From a virus: 64,000 nt of DNA. Positions 19,698 through 26,426 of this stretch are shown piece by piece (position 1 is the first letter of the stretch; every line of letters begins with the position of its first letter). A model generated the notes under the pieces. It saw only the letters and a list, made by a program, of their open reading frames with translations. It did no database searches and was not told where the DNA came from. The stretch lies in IMG/VR virus record IMGVR_UViG_3300017971_000201, positions 1 to 64,000 of that record. The stretch is one strand, 5' to 3'. Both the position numbers and the translations under genes were made by a program.

Positions 19698-19769
19698 GCG
19701 TCGCAGGGAGATCAGTTCATCCGTCGGTCTGCAACACCGAAGAACCCGGTGCGACTCCGGGGCGGCGCT
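19698..19769 (+). tRNA. tRNA-Cys(GCA)
   Basis: tcggt-ctgcaac-accga; U73. Confidence 0.85.
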
Positions 19770-19772
19770 TCT

Positions 19773-19844
19773 AGGTCGCGCGCAAGGTACGCGGGCGGGT
19801 CTCCAAAACCTGCCGTCTGCTGGGTGCAAGTCCCAGGCGGCCTG
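19773..19844 (+). tRNA. tRNA-Trp(CCA)
   Basis: gcgggt-ctccaaa-acctgc; short D arm. Confidence 0.85.
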
Positions 19845-19846
19845 TC

Positions 19847-19914
19847 GTCCGAATGCCGTTCGAGTCTACATCTACCAACACGCTGTGACTCGGCAACAAC
19901 AACGTCGGACACCA
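19847..19914 (+). ncRNA. Short Y-RNA-like gene 1
   Basis: gtccgaatgcc...ctacatc...ggcaac...aacgtcggac-acca terminal stem. Confidence 0.7.
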
Positions 19915-19915
19915 T

Positions 19916-19988
19916 TGCCCCCTAGCTCAACTAGTAGAGTGCTTGGCTCTGAACCAAGAGGTTGTCGGTGCGAATCCGACGGGGGCTG
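19916..19988 (+). tRNA. tRNA-Gln(CTG)
   Basis: cttgg-ctctgaa-ccaag. Confidence 0.9.
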
Positions 19989-19992
19989 TCAT

Positions 19993-20068
19993 CGCGTGGT
20001 AGAGCAGTCAGGTTGTGCTCGCTGGGCTCATAACCCGGAGGTCGTAGGTTCGAATCCTACCCACGCTA
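19993..20068 (+). tRNA. tRNA-Met(CAT), initiator type
   Basis: 1:72 mismatch, GGG/CCC anticodon stem, loop ctcataa. Confidence 0.9.
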
Positions 20069-20072
20069 ACAA

Positions 20073-20146
20073 TGCGCGGTAGTCTAGTCAGGTACGACAC
20101 TGGGCTCATAACCCAGAGATTGCAGGTTCGAATCCTGTCCGCGCGA
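20073..20146 (+). tRNA. tRNA-Met(CAT), initiator type
   Basis: ctggg-ctcataa-cccag. Confidence 0.85.
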
Positions 20147-20151
20147 TCTGT

Positions 20152-20223
20152 TGCCCCCTAGCTCAAGAGTAGAGCGTCCGGCTTTGAACCGGAAGGTTGA
20201 GGGTGCGACTCCCTCGGGGGCTG
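20152..20223 (+). tRNA. tRNA-Gln(TTG)
   Basis: tccgg-ctttgaa-ccgga. Confidence 0.9.
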
Positions 20224-20275
20224 TCGGAACGCACGACCGGACGTTCCCTTTTCCCCTTTCGTCCCGTCGTGCTCT

Positions 20276-20346
20276 GGGGCATTGGTGAAACAGGATCACG
20301 CGGGCTTTGCAAGCCTGAATTGAGAGTGCGACTCTCTCATGCTCCA
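20276..20346 (+). tRNA. tRNA-Ala(TGC)
   Basis: G3:U70; loop tttgcaa. Confidence 0.9.
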
Positions 20347-20349
20347 TGC

Positions 20350-20420
20350 GGGCCATTCGTACAACAGCAGGACATCTCTCTTACAAGGAGAAGACGGGGG
20401 TGCGACTCCCTCATGGCCCA
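20350..20420 (+). tRNA. tRNA-Val(TAC)
   Basis: Loop cttacaa. Confidence 0.9.
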
Positions 20421-20429
20421 AAGGAACAC

Positions 20430-20501
20430 GCGGCCTTAGTTCCAGCAGCAGAACACCGGCTTGCCATGCCGGAGGCACGGGTGCAAATCCCGTAGGCCGC
20501 T
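20430..20501 (+). tRNA. tRNA-Gly(GCC)
   Basis: ccggc-ttgccat-gccgg. Confidence 0.9.
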
Positions 20502-20505
20502 TCAA

Positions 20506-20586
20506 CCGTCTGGGGTCCACCTAGTGGTGGTGCCGCGCTGTAAACGCGGTCCTTCGGGCAACGTGGTGCGAATCCACGCAGGCGGA
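20506..20586 (+). tRNA. tRNA-Tyr(GTA) with C1:G72
   Basis: ccgtctg/caggcgg acceptor; ccgcg-ctgtaaa-cgcgg; variable arm. Confidence 0.85.
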
Positions 20587-20651
20587 TCGGATCGCAAGCA
20601 GCACGGCAAGGTCCGGCTGGCCCGGTGAGCCCCACTGGGTATCCGGCGCAC

Positions 20652-20722
20652 GCGGCCTTGGCGTAGTAGTAACGCGTCAGCTTCCCAAGCTGACCGCACG
20701 GGTGCAACTCCCGTAGGCCGCT
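20652..20722 (+). tRNA. tRNA-Gly(CCC)
   Basis: tcagc-ttcccaa-gctga. Confidence 0.9.
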
Positions 20723-20726
20723 TCAA

Positions 20727-20801
20727 GCTCGGTTGGTGAAAGAGAATCACGCGAGGTTGTGGACCTCGAGTTCTACGGTGCGATTCCGAGACCGGGTACC
20801 A
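20727..20801 (+). tRNA. tRNA-His(GTG)
   Basis: cgagg-ttgtgga-cctcg; irregular T stem; encoded CCA. Confidence 0.8.
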
Positions 20802-20802
20802 A

Positions 20803-20874
20803 GCCCCCATGGCCTAACAGACAAGGCGCGTGGCTACGGACCATGAGATCCGGGTGCAACTCCTGGTGGGGGTA
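20803..20874 (+). tRNA. tRNA-Arg(ACG)
   Basis: cgtgg-ctacgga-ccatg. Confidence 0.9.
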
Positions 20875-20878
20875 TCGA

Positions 20879-20953
20879 CGGGCACGAGTCTCCAGATGAG
20901 CTGTCGCGCCTTATATGCGTAACGGCCGGGTGCAACTCCCGGGTGCCCTACCA
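20879..20953 (+). tRNA. tRNA with TAT anticodon (Ile-UAU-like)
   Basis: gggcac/gtgccc acceptor, gcgc-cttatat-gcgt, encoded CCA. Confidence 0.65.
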
Positions 20954-20984
20954 GCTCCGCTAGCCCAACAGCAGAGGCGCCGGT
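20954..20984 (+). pseudogene. 5' half of split short-arm tRNA-Leu
   Basis: gctccgc-ta-gcccaacagcagaggc-gccggt; D arm identical to tRNA-Leu(CAG) at 21771; acceptor pairs with gcggagc at 21681. Confidence 0.8.
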
Positions 20985-21012
20985 AGACAAAGCAGTAACG
21001 ACGCTGTAAAAC
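20984..21012 (+). promoter_or_regulatory. Sigma70-like promoter at left junction of HNH cassette
   Basis: TAGACA-17 nt-TAAAAC (preceded by TG), 6 nt before ATG. Confidence 0.5.
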
Positions 21013-21018
21013 AGAGGT

Positions 21019-21585
21019 ATGCGCAAAGAAATCTACCGTAGTCCCCCGCAGCAGATGCATGGTTATGTGGCCTACATCGTTCGCTACGACGACGGATTCA
21101 AGACCACGTTGTTCGAGCACCGGCTTGTGATGGAGCAACATCTAGGGAGGGCGCTACGGTCCGACGAAGTCGTTCATCACATAGATGGCGACAAGACAAA
21201 CAACGCGGCCGAGAACCTGGAACTTACTACTCCGTCGAAGCACGCGTCGAAGCACGCACGTCCGGCGCCGATAGTCGACCTGACCTGTCTGGTATGTGAG
21301 CGCTCGTTTGTCCGGCTAGCTCGGAAGGAACAGGAAAGGATCAGGCGTAGGAAGCGCGGCCCGTACTGCGGCAAGAAGTGCGCGGGGGTAGGTAGTCGCA
21401 AGCATCGTGGCAGGAAACGGGACAGCAAAGGCCGTATTCGATGTAGCGACTGCAAGCTCTTCCTACCAGAAGCAGAGTTTTGCAGGGAGCGCGGCAGGCC
21501 GGGTGGTCTGAGTTACAGGTGCAGATCCTGTAAGGCGGCCCAATTTCAATACAGGAAGAACAAGCAAGCCTCGGTGGCGGAATAG
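21019..21585 (+). CDS. HNH homing endonuclease with Zn fingers
   Basis: EHRLVMEQHLGRAL..EVVHHIDGDKTNNAAENLEL; CxxC pairs. Confidence 0.9.
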   Translation: MRKEIYRSPPQQMHGYVAYIVRYDDGFKTTLFEHRLVMEQHLGRALRSDEVVHHIDGDKTNNAAENLELTTPSKHASKHARPAPIVDLTCLVCERSFVRLARKEQERIRRRKRGPYCGKKCAGVGSRKHRGRKRDSKGRIRCSDCKLFLPEAEFCRERGRPGGLSYRCRSCKAAQFQYRKNKQASVAE

Positions 21586-21650
21586 CAGACGCGCTGGTCT
21601 CAAGAACCAGTGTCCGAAAGGACGTGTGGGTGCGAATCCCACCCGAGGCA
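21568..21650 (+). tRNA. tRNA-Leu(CAA), long variable arm, nested in split tRNA-Leu
   Basis: ctggt-ctcaaga-accag; overlaps the HNH stop codon. Confidence 0.9.
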
Positions 21651-21688
21651 AACACAGGAGGTTCCCAGTGCAAATCTGGGGCGGAGCA
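21651..21688 (+). pseudogene. 3' half of split tRNA-Leu
   Basis: acagg-aggtt-cccag tgcaaat ctggg-gcggagc-a. Confidence 0.8.
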
Positions 21689-21690
21689 AC

Positions 21691-21764
21691 GGTCCCGTAG
21701 CCCAATCAGCAGAGGTCCCGGCCTAAACCCAGGAACGGTCTCGGTGCAAATCCGAGGCGGAGCA
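21691..21764 (+). pseudogene. Chimeric/degenerate tRNA-Leu
   Basis: 5' ggtcccg does not pair with 3' gcggagc; D and T arms intact. Confidence 0.6.
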
Positions 21765-21770
21765 TCACAC

Positions 21771-21843
21771 GATCCTGTAGCCCAACAGCAGAGGCGCCGC
21801 ACTCAGGATGCGGAGGTTGTCGGTGCAAATCCGACCAGGATCA
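21771..21843 (+). tRNA. tRNA-Leu(CAG), short variable loop
   Basis: ccgca-ctcagga-tgcgg; 5-nt variable region. Confidence 0.9.
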
Positions 21844-21845
21844 TC

Positions 21846-21913
21846 GCTCGAATGCCGTCGTGGACTACATCCTGAACACATGACGTCTGCGGCAACACCA
21901 ACGTCGAGCACCA
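21846..21913 (+). ncRNA. Short Y-RNA-like gene 2
   Basis: gctcgaatgcc...gactacatc...ggcaac...aacgtcgagc-acca; co-varying stem relative to 19847. Confidence 0.7.
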
Positions 21914-21914
21914 C

Positions 21915-21997
21915 GCTGCCGTGGCGGAACAGCAGACGCGCCTGGTTGAGGGCCAGGTTCCCGAAAGGGAGTGGAGGTGCAACTCCTCTCGGCAGCA
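21915..21997 (+). tRNA. tRNA-Leu(GAG)
   Basis: cctgg-ttgaggg-ccagg; long variable arm. Confidence 0.9.
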
Positions 21998-22001
21998 TCT
22001 T

Positions 22002-22074
22002 GGGGTCGTGGCCAAGCAGTAAGGCGCCGCTCTGATAAGGCGGAGACTCGTGAGTGCAAATCTCACCGGCCCCA
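22002..22074 (+). tRNA. tRNA-Ile(GAT)
   Basis: ccgct-ctgataa-ggcgg. Confidence 0.9.
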
Positions 22075-22092
22075 TGCGACGATGAAGATCGA

Positions 22093-22656
22093 GTGAACGT
22101 CTCGCACAAGCATCGGTTCGTCTTCCTCGCGAACATGCGCACGGGCACGCGCTGCGTGTTCCACGCGCTTCGCCGCTACTTCGCTTGCATCGGCGGTAGC
22201 CACGATGCCAGGACGCTGACACACAAGATCGGCATCCCGGCCGGCTGCGAGCGCTACCTCGTGATCGCCACGGTGCGAAACCCGTTCAGCAGGATGGTCT
22301 CCTGCTGGAACTGGGTGCGCGAGGTTCCCGGCTGGCCGAGCGGGATCGACAAGTTCGTGCGAGCGAATCCGCACGACTTCGCCGGCTTCGTCGAGCGCGC
22401 GATGTCGACCGGCTTCGACTCCCAGTCGAGGCGCCTGGGCGAGATCGAGCCGGACCAGCTGATCCGCTACGAGCGGCTCCAGGCGAGCTTCAGCGAGCTG
22501 CCGTTCGTCACCGACGAGCAGCTCCACATCGTTCCGCAGAGCCCGATCACGGCCAACTGGCAGAGCTGGTACAGGCCGGAGATCGAGAAGATGGTGGCCG
22601 AGAAGTGGGCCGATGACTTCGATCGCTTCGGCTACCCGAAGGTCATTGGAAGGTGA
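22093..22656 (+). CDS. Sulfotransferase family 2 protein
   Basis: SHKHRFVFLANMRTGT, VRNPFSRMVS, IRYERL, WADDFDRFGY. Confidence 0.8.
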   Translation: MNVSHKHRFVFLANMRTGTRCVFHALRRYFACIGGSHDARTLTHKIGIPAGCERYLVIATVRNPFSRMVSCWNWVREVPGWPSGIDKFVRANPHDFAGFVERAMSTGFDSQSRRLGEIEPDQLIRYERLQASFSELPFVTDEQLHIVPQSPITANWQSWYRPEIEKMVAEKWADDFDRFGYPKVIGR

Positions 22657-22734
22657 ACCGGACAAGCGAACCGGAGCGGCCTGCTAAGTCGTCTGTCCCC
22701 TTCGGGGGATGTGGTGCAAGTCCACCTCCTTCCG
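22648..22734 (+). tRNA. tRNA-Ser(GCT), 8/4 fold
   Basis: cggc-ctgctaa-gtcg; ggaaggtg/ctccttcc acceptor; 4-bp T stem. Confidence 0.85.
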
Positions 22735-22887
22735 TTCGAGCAAGCACTGCCCTCTGTGGCCCGGTGCTCGTCGCGTCGAGCTGTTCGCTAGATCGGTCGT
22801 TCCCGGATGGTGCTGCTACGGCAGCGAGATCGGATCAATGATAGTTCCTCGTGGCGTCAGGAAGATCAGCTAAGAGAGGAGGAGGCT

Positions 22888-23463
22888 ATGGGCCTTCTAG
22901 TGGACGACCCTTGCCTCGTCCTCAACAGATCCTGGCAGGTAGTGGGGTTTCTCCCGATCGGGACCTGCATCGCCACTGTCATGCGCGATATGGCCTCGAT
23001 CATGTGCCCGACGTCGTACTTCCTCATGGACCTGGACGAGTGGATCGACAGAGCTGAGACTGACAGGTTCATCAAGACAGCCAGCACTCCGATCCCGGCG
23101 CCCGAGGTGATCGTACTGAAGAAGTACGGCGAGAGGCCCCCGCGCAAGGTGAGCTTCAACCGCCCGAACCTCTACAGACGGGACGAGCACACCTGCCAGT
23201 ACTGTGGCGAGGAACTCCCGCCCAAGAACCTCACGATCGATCACGTGCTACCGAGATCGAAGGGAGGTCCCACGACCTGGGAGAACACGGTGGCAGCCTG
23301 CCGCTCGTGCAACCAGAGGAAGGCCGACAAGACCACTGACGAGGCGCGTATGAAGCCTCGGAAGAAGCCCGCCGCCCCACGCTGGACACCTGGAGTCAGG
23401 ATCCCGCGAGGCGAGGTCAGGGCTAGCTGGGAGCCATTCCTGGCGAAGGAGCGGGTCGCCTAG
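22888..23463 (+). CDS. HNH endonuclease (McrA-like, tRNA-array associated)
   Basis: LVLNRSW, RDEHTCQYCG, TIDHVLPRSKGG, WENTVAACRSCNQRK; ggagg RBS. Confidence 0.9.
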   Translation: MGLLVDDPCLVLNRSWQVVGFLPIGTCIATVMRDMASIMCPTSYFLMDLDEWIDRAETDRFIKTASTPIPAPEVIVLKKYGERPPRKVSFNRPNLYRRDEHTCQYCGEELPPKNLTIDHVLPRSKGGPTTWENTVAACRSCNQRKADKTTDEARMKPRKKPAAPRWTPGVRIPRGEVRASWEPFLAKERVA

Positions 23464-23481
23464 GAGGCCCGTCTCCGCCCC

Positions 23482-23565
23482 GGAGCCGAGAACCTGGGGT
23501 AGTCCTGGGGCTCGCTTGGAAAGCGATGCGTTCTTCGGATTGGAGTGCGACTCTCCCCGGCTCCG
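23482..23565 (+). tRNA. tRNA-Ser(GGA)
   Basis: tcgc-ttggaaa-gcga; 4-bp T stem. Confidence 0.8.
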
Positions 23566-23573
23566 TGCTTGCT

Positions 23574-23783
23574 ATGATCGGCGCTGTGAAAAGCAAGATC
23601 GAAGTAGGCGAAACGGTACTTAGAGCGACGCTTGGATCCAGCGGTGATCTAGTTGTCGTCTCGGGTATCGAATCAGACAACGGCGTGGTCACCCGCTACC
23701 TGGTTAAGCCTGTAGCTCAACCAGACAGCGAGCCTGAACTAGTTCCTGCTGATCTGATTCACAGCCTACGCAAACGCCCCTGA
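23574..23783 (+). CDS. Small hypothetical protein
   Basis: Lower-GC ORF between tRNAs. Confidence 0.45.
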   Translation: MIGAVKSKIEVGETVLRATLGSSGDLVVVSGIESDNGVVTRYLVKPVAQPDSEPELVPADLIHSLRKRP

Positions 23784-23811
23784 AGCAGAAGCAGTGCTGC
23801 GCCTGCCTCGT
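23776..23811 (+). pseudogene. 5' half of split tRNA-Thr(CGT)
   Basis: gcccctg-aa-gcag..ctgc-g-cctgc-ct-cgt. Confidence 0.75.
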
Positions 23812-23892
23812 CGCTCTGGGTGGGCGCAGAGACGAGAATTGTCAGACGTCTTTATCGCACCATGTTCTGTGCTCAGGTAAAGCCCGGAACAA

Positions 23893-23963
23893 GCTCCTGT
23901 AGTTCAACAGCAGAATGCCTCTCTCGTAAGGAGGAGACGCGGGTGCAATTCCCGCCGGGAGCT
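23893..23963 (+). tRNA. tRNA-Thr(CGT), nested in split tRNA-Thr(CGT)
   Basis: cctct-ctcgtaa-ggagg. Confidence 0.9.
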
Positions 23964-23976
23964 TCAGCCTCAGATC

Positions 23977-24015
23977 CGTAAGCAGGAGAACCCGGTGCGA
24001 CTCCGGGCGGGAGTA
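23977..24015 (+). pseudogene. 3' half of split tRNA-Thr(CGT)
   Basis: cgt-aa-gcagg-agaa-cccgg tgcgact ccggg-cgggagt-a. Confidence 0.75.
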
Positions 24016-24019
24016 TCAA

Positions 24020-24091
24020 GCTCGCGTCGTCCAACAGATAGGATACGAGCCTCCGAAGCTCGAGATCTGGGTGCGACTCCCAGCGCGGGTA
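24020..24091 (+). tRNA. tRNA-Arg(CCG)
   Basis: cgagc-ctccgaa-gctcg. Confidence 0.9.
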
Positions 24092-24166
24092 TACAGGATG
24101 GACCCAGCTCCGGCTGGGGTAAATAGCGGCTGGCTGCACACCATCCTCATCAGTCAGTCGCGCCAA

Positions 24167-24240
24167 CAGGGCGTGGCGCAGTCTAGCAGCGCGTTGGTCT
24201 GGGGGACCAAAGGTCGTGGGTGCGAATCCCACCGCCCTGA
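24167..24240 (+). tRNA. tRNA-Pro(GGG)
   Basis: ttggt-ctggggg-accaa. Confidence 0.9.
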
Positions 24241-24267
24241 TCAGGAACGGGCAGACCCGTTCCGCTT

Positions 24268-24338
24268 GCCCTGATAGCTTAGTAGCAGAGCACTCGCTTG
24301 GTACGCGAGAGATCCCGGTGCGACTCCGGGTCAGGGCT
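24268..24338 (+). tRNA. tRNA-Thr(GGT)
   Basis: ctcgc-ttggtac-gcgag. Confidence 0.9.
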
Positions 24339-24343
24339 TAGAC

Positions 24344-24631
24344 ATGGCGAAGCTACGACGAGAGAAGCTGCCGGACGGAACCGACGCCGGCCTGCTGTCG
24401 TTCCAGTGTCCAGGCTGTGGCGCGCGCCACGCCTTCCGCATCATGTTCGACCCGGACCTGCCCGAAGAGCAGGTATGGTCGTGGAACGGCGACATGGACG
24501 GGCCGACGTTCGACCCAGCGCTGAAGGCCCCAGGCTGCCACCTCCGGTGCGTCGAGGGCAAGCTGCACTTCTTCGTCGACTCGGGGCACAAGCTCGCCGG
24601 CCGGCTCGTGGACCTGCCCGACGAGCTGTGA
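24344..24631 (+). CDS. DUF6527-like Zn-binding protein
   Basis: FQCPGCGARH, WSWNGDMDGPTFDP, CH, DSGHKLAG. Confidence 0.7.
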   Translation: MAKLRREKLPDGTDAGLLSFQCPGCGARHAFRIMFDPDLPEEQVWSWNGDMDGPTFDPALKAPGCHLRCVEGKLHFFVDSGHKLAGRLVDLPDEL

Positions 24632-24632
24632 C

Positions 24633-24818
24633 GTGGCCGATTGCGATCACGAGTGGGAGGAGATCCACCACTACGGCGAGGATCTCGAGGGCCGGCTGAT
24701 CCACTACTGCCCGACCGGCTTCAAGTGGTGCAGGCTCTGCCGCAGGGTCGAAGACGAAGACAACCCCCAGTGCCATCTCTGGGGCGAACCAGATCCGATA
24801 CAACCCGCAGACACGTAG
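24633..24818 (+). CDS. Small Cys/His protein
   Basis: CDHEW...WCRLC. Confidence 0.45.
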   Translation: MADCDHEWEEIHHYGEDLEGRLIHYCPTGFKWCRLCRRVEDEDNPQCHLWGEPDPIQPADT

Positions 24819-24872
24819 AGTGGGCTCGCTCTCATAAGGCGATGCAAGACGGTGCAAGCCCGTCCTGCGGGA
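24804..24872 (+). tRNA. tRNA-Met/Ile2(CAT), elongator type with reduced D arm
   Basis: cccgcag/ctgcggg; tcgct-ctcataa-ggcga. Confidence 0.7.
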
Positions 24873-24876
24873 TCAT

Positions 24877-24913
24877 GGAACGTGAACCGGACAAGCGTGC
24901 CGGGCCGGTCTCG
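24877..24913 (+). pseudogene. 5' half of split tRNA-Ser(CGA)
   Basis: ggaacgtg-aa-ccggacaagcgtgccgg-gc-cggt-ct-cg; near-identical to the 5' end of Ser(GCT) at 22648. Confidence 0.85.
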
Positions 24914-24944
24914 CGCTACGATCCCGTCAATTACGGGGTGCATC

Positions 24945-25559
24945 ATGCCGGGCAAACGGCGACCGGACCTGAGAGAACGGGCCATCAACCTGCGGTGCAA
25001 GCAGAAGCTCGGCAGGAACGAGATTGCGCGTTGCCTTGGAGGGCTGGTGAGCCCTGTAACTGTTGGCCGGTGGTTGCGGAACCACCCGCTCCGTAAGAAC
25101 GAGGAGCGGCGGGTTCGCGAGACTGCCATCAAGAAAAGGCGCCCACGGCAACCGAAGCAGCCGAGAGTTCACTGCGAGGTCTGCGGAAAGAAGTGCAGTC
25201 GCGGGGCGAAGCGTTTTTGCTCTGATTGCGCGGTCGGACGAGTACGAAGTCCCAGACGAGAACCGACACAGCGTTACCTCGTCGAAGACAGGCTGGTCAA
25301 CTCGACGCGCCTCAAGACAAGACTCATCGAGGAGGGTTATCTAGAGGATCGTTGCGGCAAGTGCGGTTCGTTGCCGGAGTGGAACGGTGAGCCGCTCAAC
25401 CTCCAGCTGGATCACATCGACGGAAACCGTAGGAACAATCTTCTCAGCAACCTTCGGATTGTTTGTCCCAATTGCCACTCGCAGACGCCGACCTACGCTG
25501 CCAGGAATCGCAGGAATCCGAAGAGGTCGAGAAGGAAGCCGCGTTACGCGCACGAATGA
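24945..25559 (+). CDS. HNH homing endonuclease with N-terminal HTH
   Basis: CGKCG..EWNGEPLNLQLDHIDGNRRNNLLSNLRIVCPNCHSQT. Confidence 0.9.
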   Translation: MPGKRRPDLRERAINLRCKQKLGRNEIARCLGGLVSPVTVGRWLRNHPLRKNEERRVRETAIKKRRPRQPKQPRVHCEVCGKKCSRGAKRFCSDCAVGRVRSPRREPTQRYLVEDRLVNSTRLKTRLIEEGYLEDRCGKCGSLPEWNGEPLNLQLDHIDGNRRNNLLSNLRIVCPNCHSQTPTYAARNRRNPKRSRRKPRYAHE

Positions 25560-25563
25560 AATT

Positions 25564-25653
25564 GGAGAGCGTCCGGCTAGACGAGGAGCACGTCTCGAAA
25601 ACGTGTAGGGCGTACGTAAGTGCGTCTTCAGGGTGCGAGTCCCTGGCTCTCCG
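25564..25653 (+). tRNA. tRNA-Ser(CGA), canonical 7/5 fold, nested
   Basis: cacgt-ctcgaaa-acgtg; ggagagc/gctctcc. Confidence 0.9.
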
Positions 25654-25667
25654 TAGGAGCGGGAAGA

Positions 25668-25715
25668 CGAAAACCGTGCGTCCTTCGGGTTGGGGTGCAA
25701 CTCCTCCGCGTTCCG
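25668..25715 (+). pseudogene. 3' half of split tRNA-Ser(CGA)
   Basis: cga-aa-accg-variable arm-gggg tgcaact cctc-cgcgttcc-g. Confidence 0.85.
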
Positions 25716-25718
25716 TCA

Positions 25719-25791
25719 CAGGGTGTAGCTTAGGAGCAAAAGCGCCGCGTTCGGGACGCGGAGAGCGTGGGTGCGAGTCCCACCACCCTGA
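25719..25791 (+). tRNA. tRNA-Pro(CGG)
   Basis: ccgcg-ttcggga-cgcgg. Confidence 0.9.
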
Positions 25792-25815
25792 TCAACCATG
25801 AGGTAGAACATCTGC

Positions 25816-26262
25816 ATGAACGAACCCGAATGGTGCGCTCTCTGCGCGGACGCTCCGGCCGTCGGCCGGCTCTTTCCAGTGGTCTACCTCACGCAGGATG
25901 AGGTGAAGTCGGAGCGCCCGCTGCCGAGACACGAGACTCGCTGCTGCGCGCGGTGCGGGAACCAGGCGTCCGACAGCTTCGTTGACGAGAACTTCGAGAC
26001 CGGCCGGATGGCTGTACTCCAGTTCGAGCACGACGACTTCGCGAAGGTCTCCGAGAAGCGGATCCTCGAGCTGGTCGGTCAGCTCGAGAACGCGCAGTGC
26101 TCGCTGTGCGGTAAGAAGATGGAGAACGACCCGGATGCCATGCCGGCGCGTCCGCTGGCCGAGAAGCTGCTCCGGGAGCATCCGAACATGAAGTACGTGA
26201 CAGCAGTGTGCGCCGACTGCGCGCCGAGCTGCCCGTGCTGCGACGAAGAAGAGAACAACTAG
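25816..26262 (+). CDS. Multi-CxxC Zn-finger protein
   Basis: Four CxxC pairs plus CPCC. Confidence 0.65.
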   Translation: MNEPEWCALCADAPAVGRLFPVVYLTQDEVKSERPLPRHETRCCARCGNQASDSFVDENFETGRMAVLQFEHDDFAKVSEKRILELVGQLENAQCSLCGKKMENDPDAMPARPLAEKLLREHPNMKYVTAVCADCAPSCPCCDEEENN

Positions 26263-26333
26263 GGGCAGTAGCTCAATAGGAGAGCGCCTCGTTCGCAACG
26301 AGGAGGTTGTCGGTGCGACTCCGATCTGCTCCA
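26262..26333 (+). tRNA. tRNA-Ala(CGC)
   Basis: cctcg-ttcgcaa-cgagg. Confidence 0.9.
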
Positions 26334-26334
26334 T

Positions 26335-26422
26335 GAAGGCGTGACGAATCAGCGTCGTGGCTCGCGAGTGCGTTACGGAACTTGGGATCGTCGGGCTCCG
26401 GGTGCAACTCCCGGCGTCTTCA
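26335..26422 (+). ncRNA. tRNA-like RNA without a canonical anticodon arm
   Basis: gaaggcg/cgtcttc acceptor, D hairpin gacg/cgtc, T arm ccggg-tgcaact-cccgg. Confidence 0.55.
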
Positions 26423-26426
26423 TCAA

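Noticed and set aside
19157-22222. Many short ORFs across the tRNA array
   Set aside because: They overlap tRNA cloverleaves and have no protein-like features (the HNH at 21019 and the sulfotransferase at 22093 excepted).
24095-24146. Other inter-tRNA hairpins (also about 20590-20650, 22740-22860, 26750-26830, 26910-26960, 28608-28638)
   Set aside because: Can form stems but share no motif I could identify; not enough support to call ncRNAs.
20985-25667. Group I intron or BHB intron explanation for the split tRNAs
   Set aside because: The inserts are almost fully occupied by ORF plus tRNA, leaving no room for a ribozyme core; none was recognised. Not excluded without RNA data.
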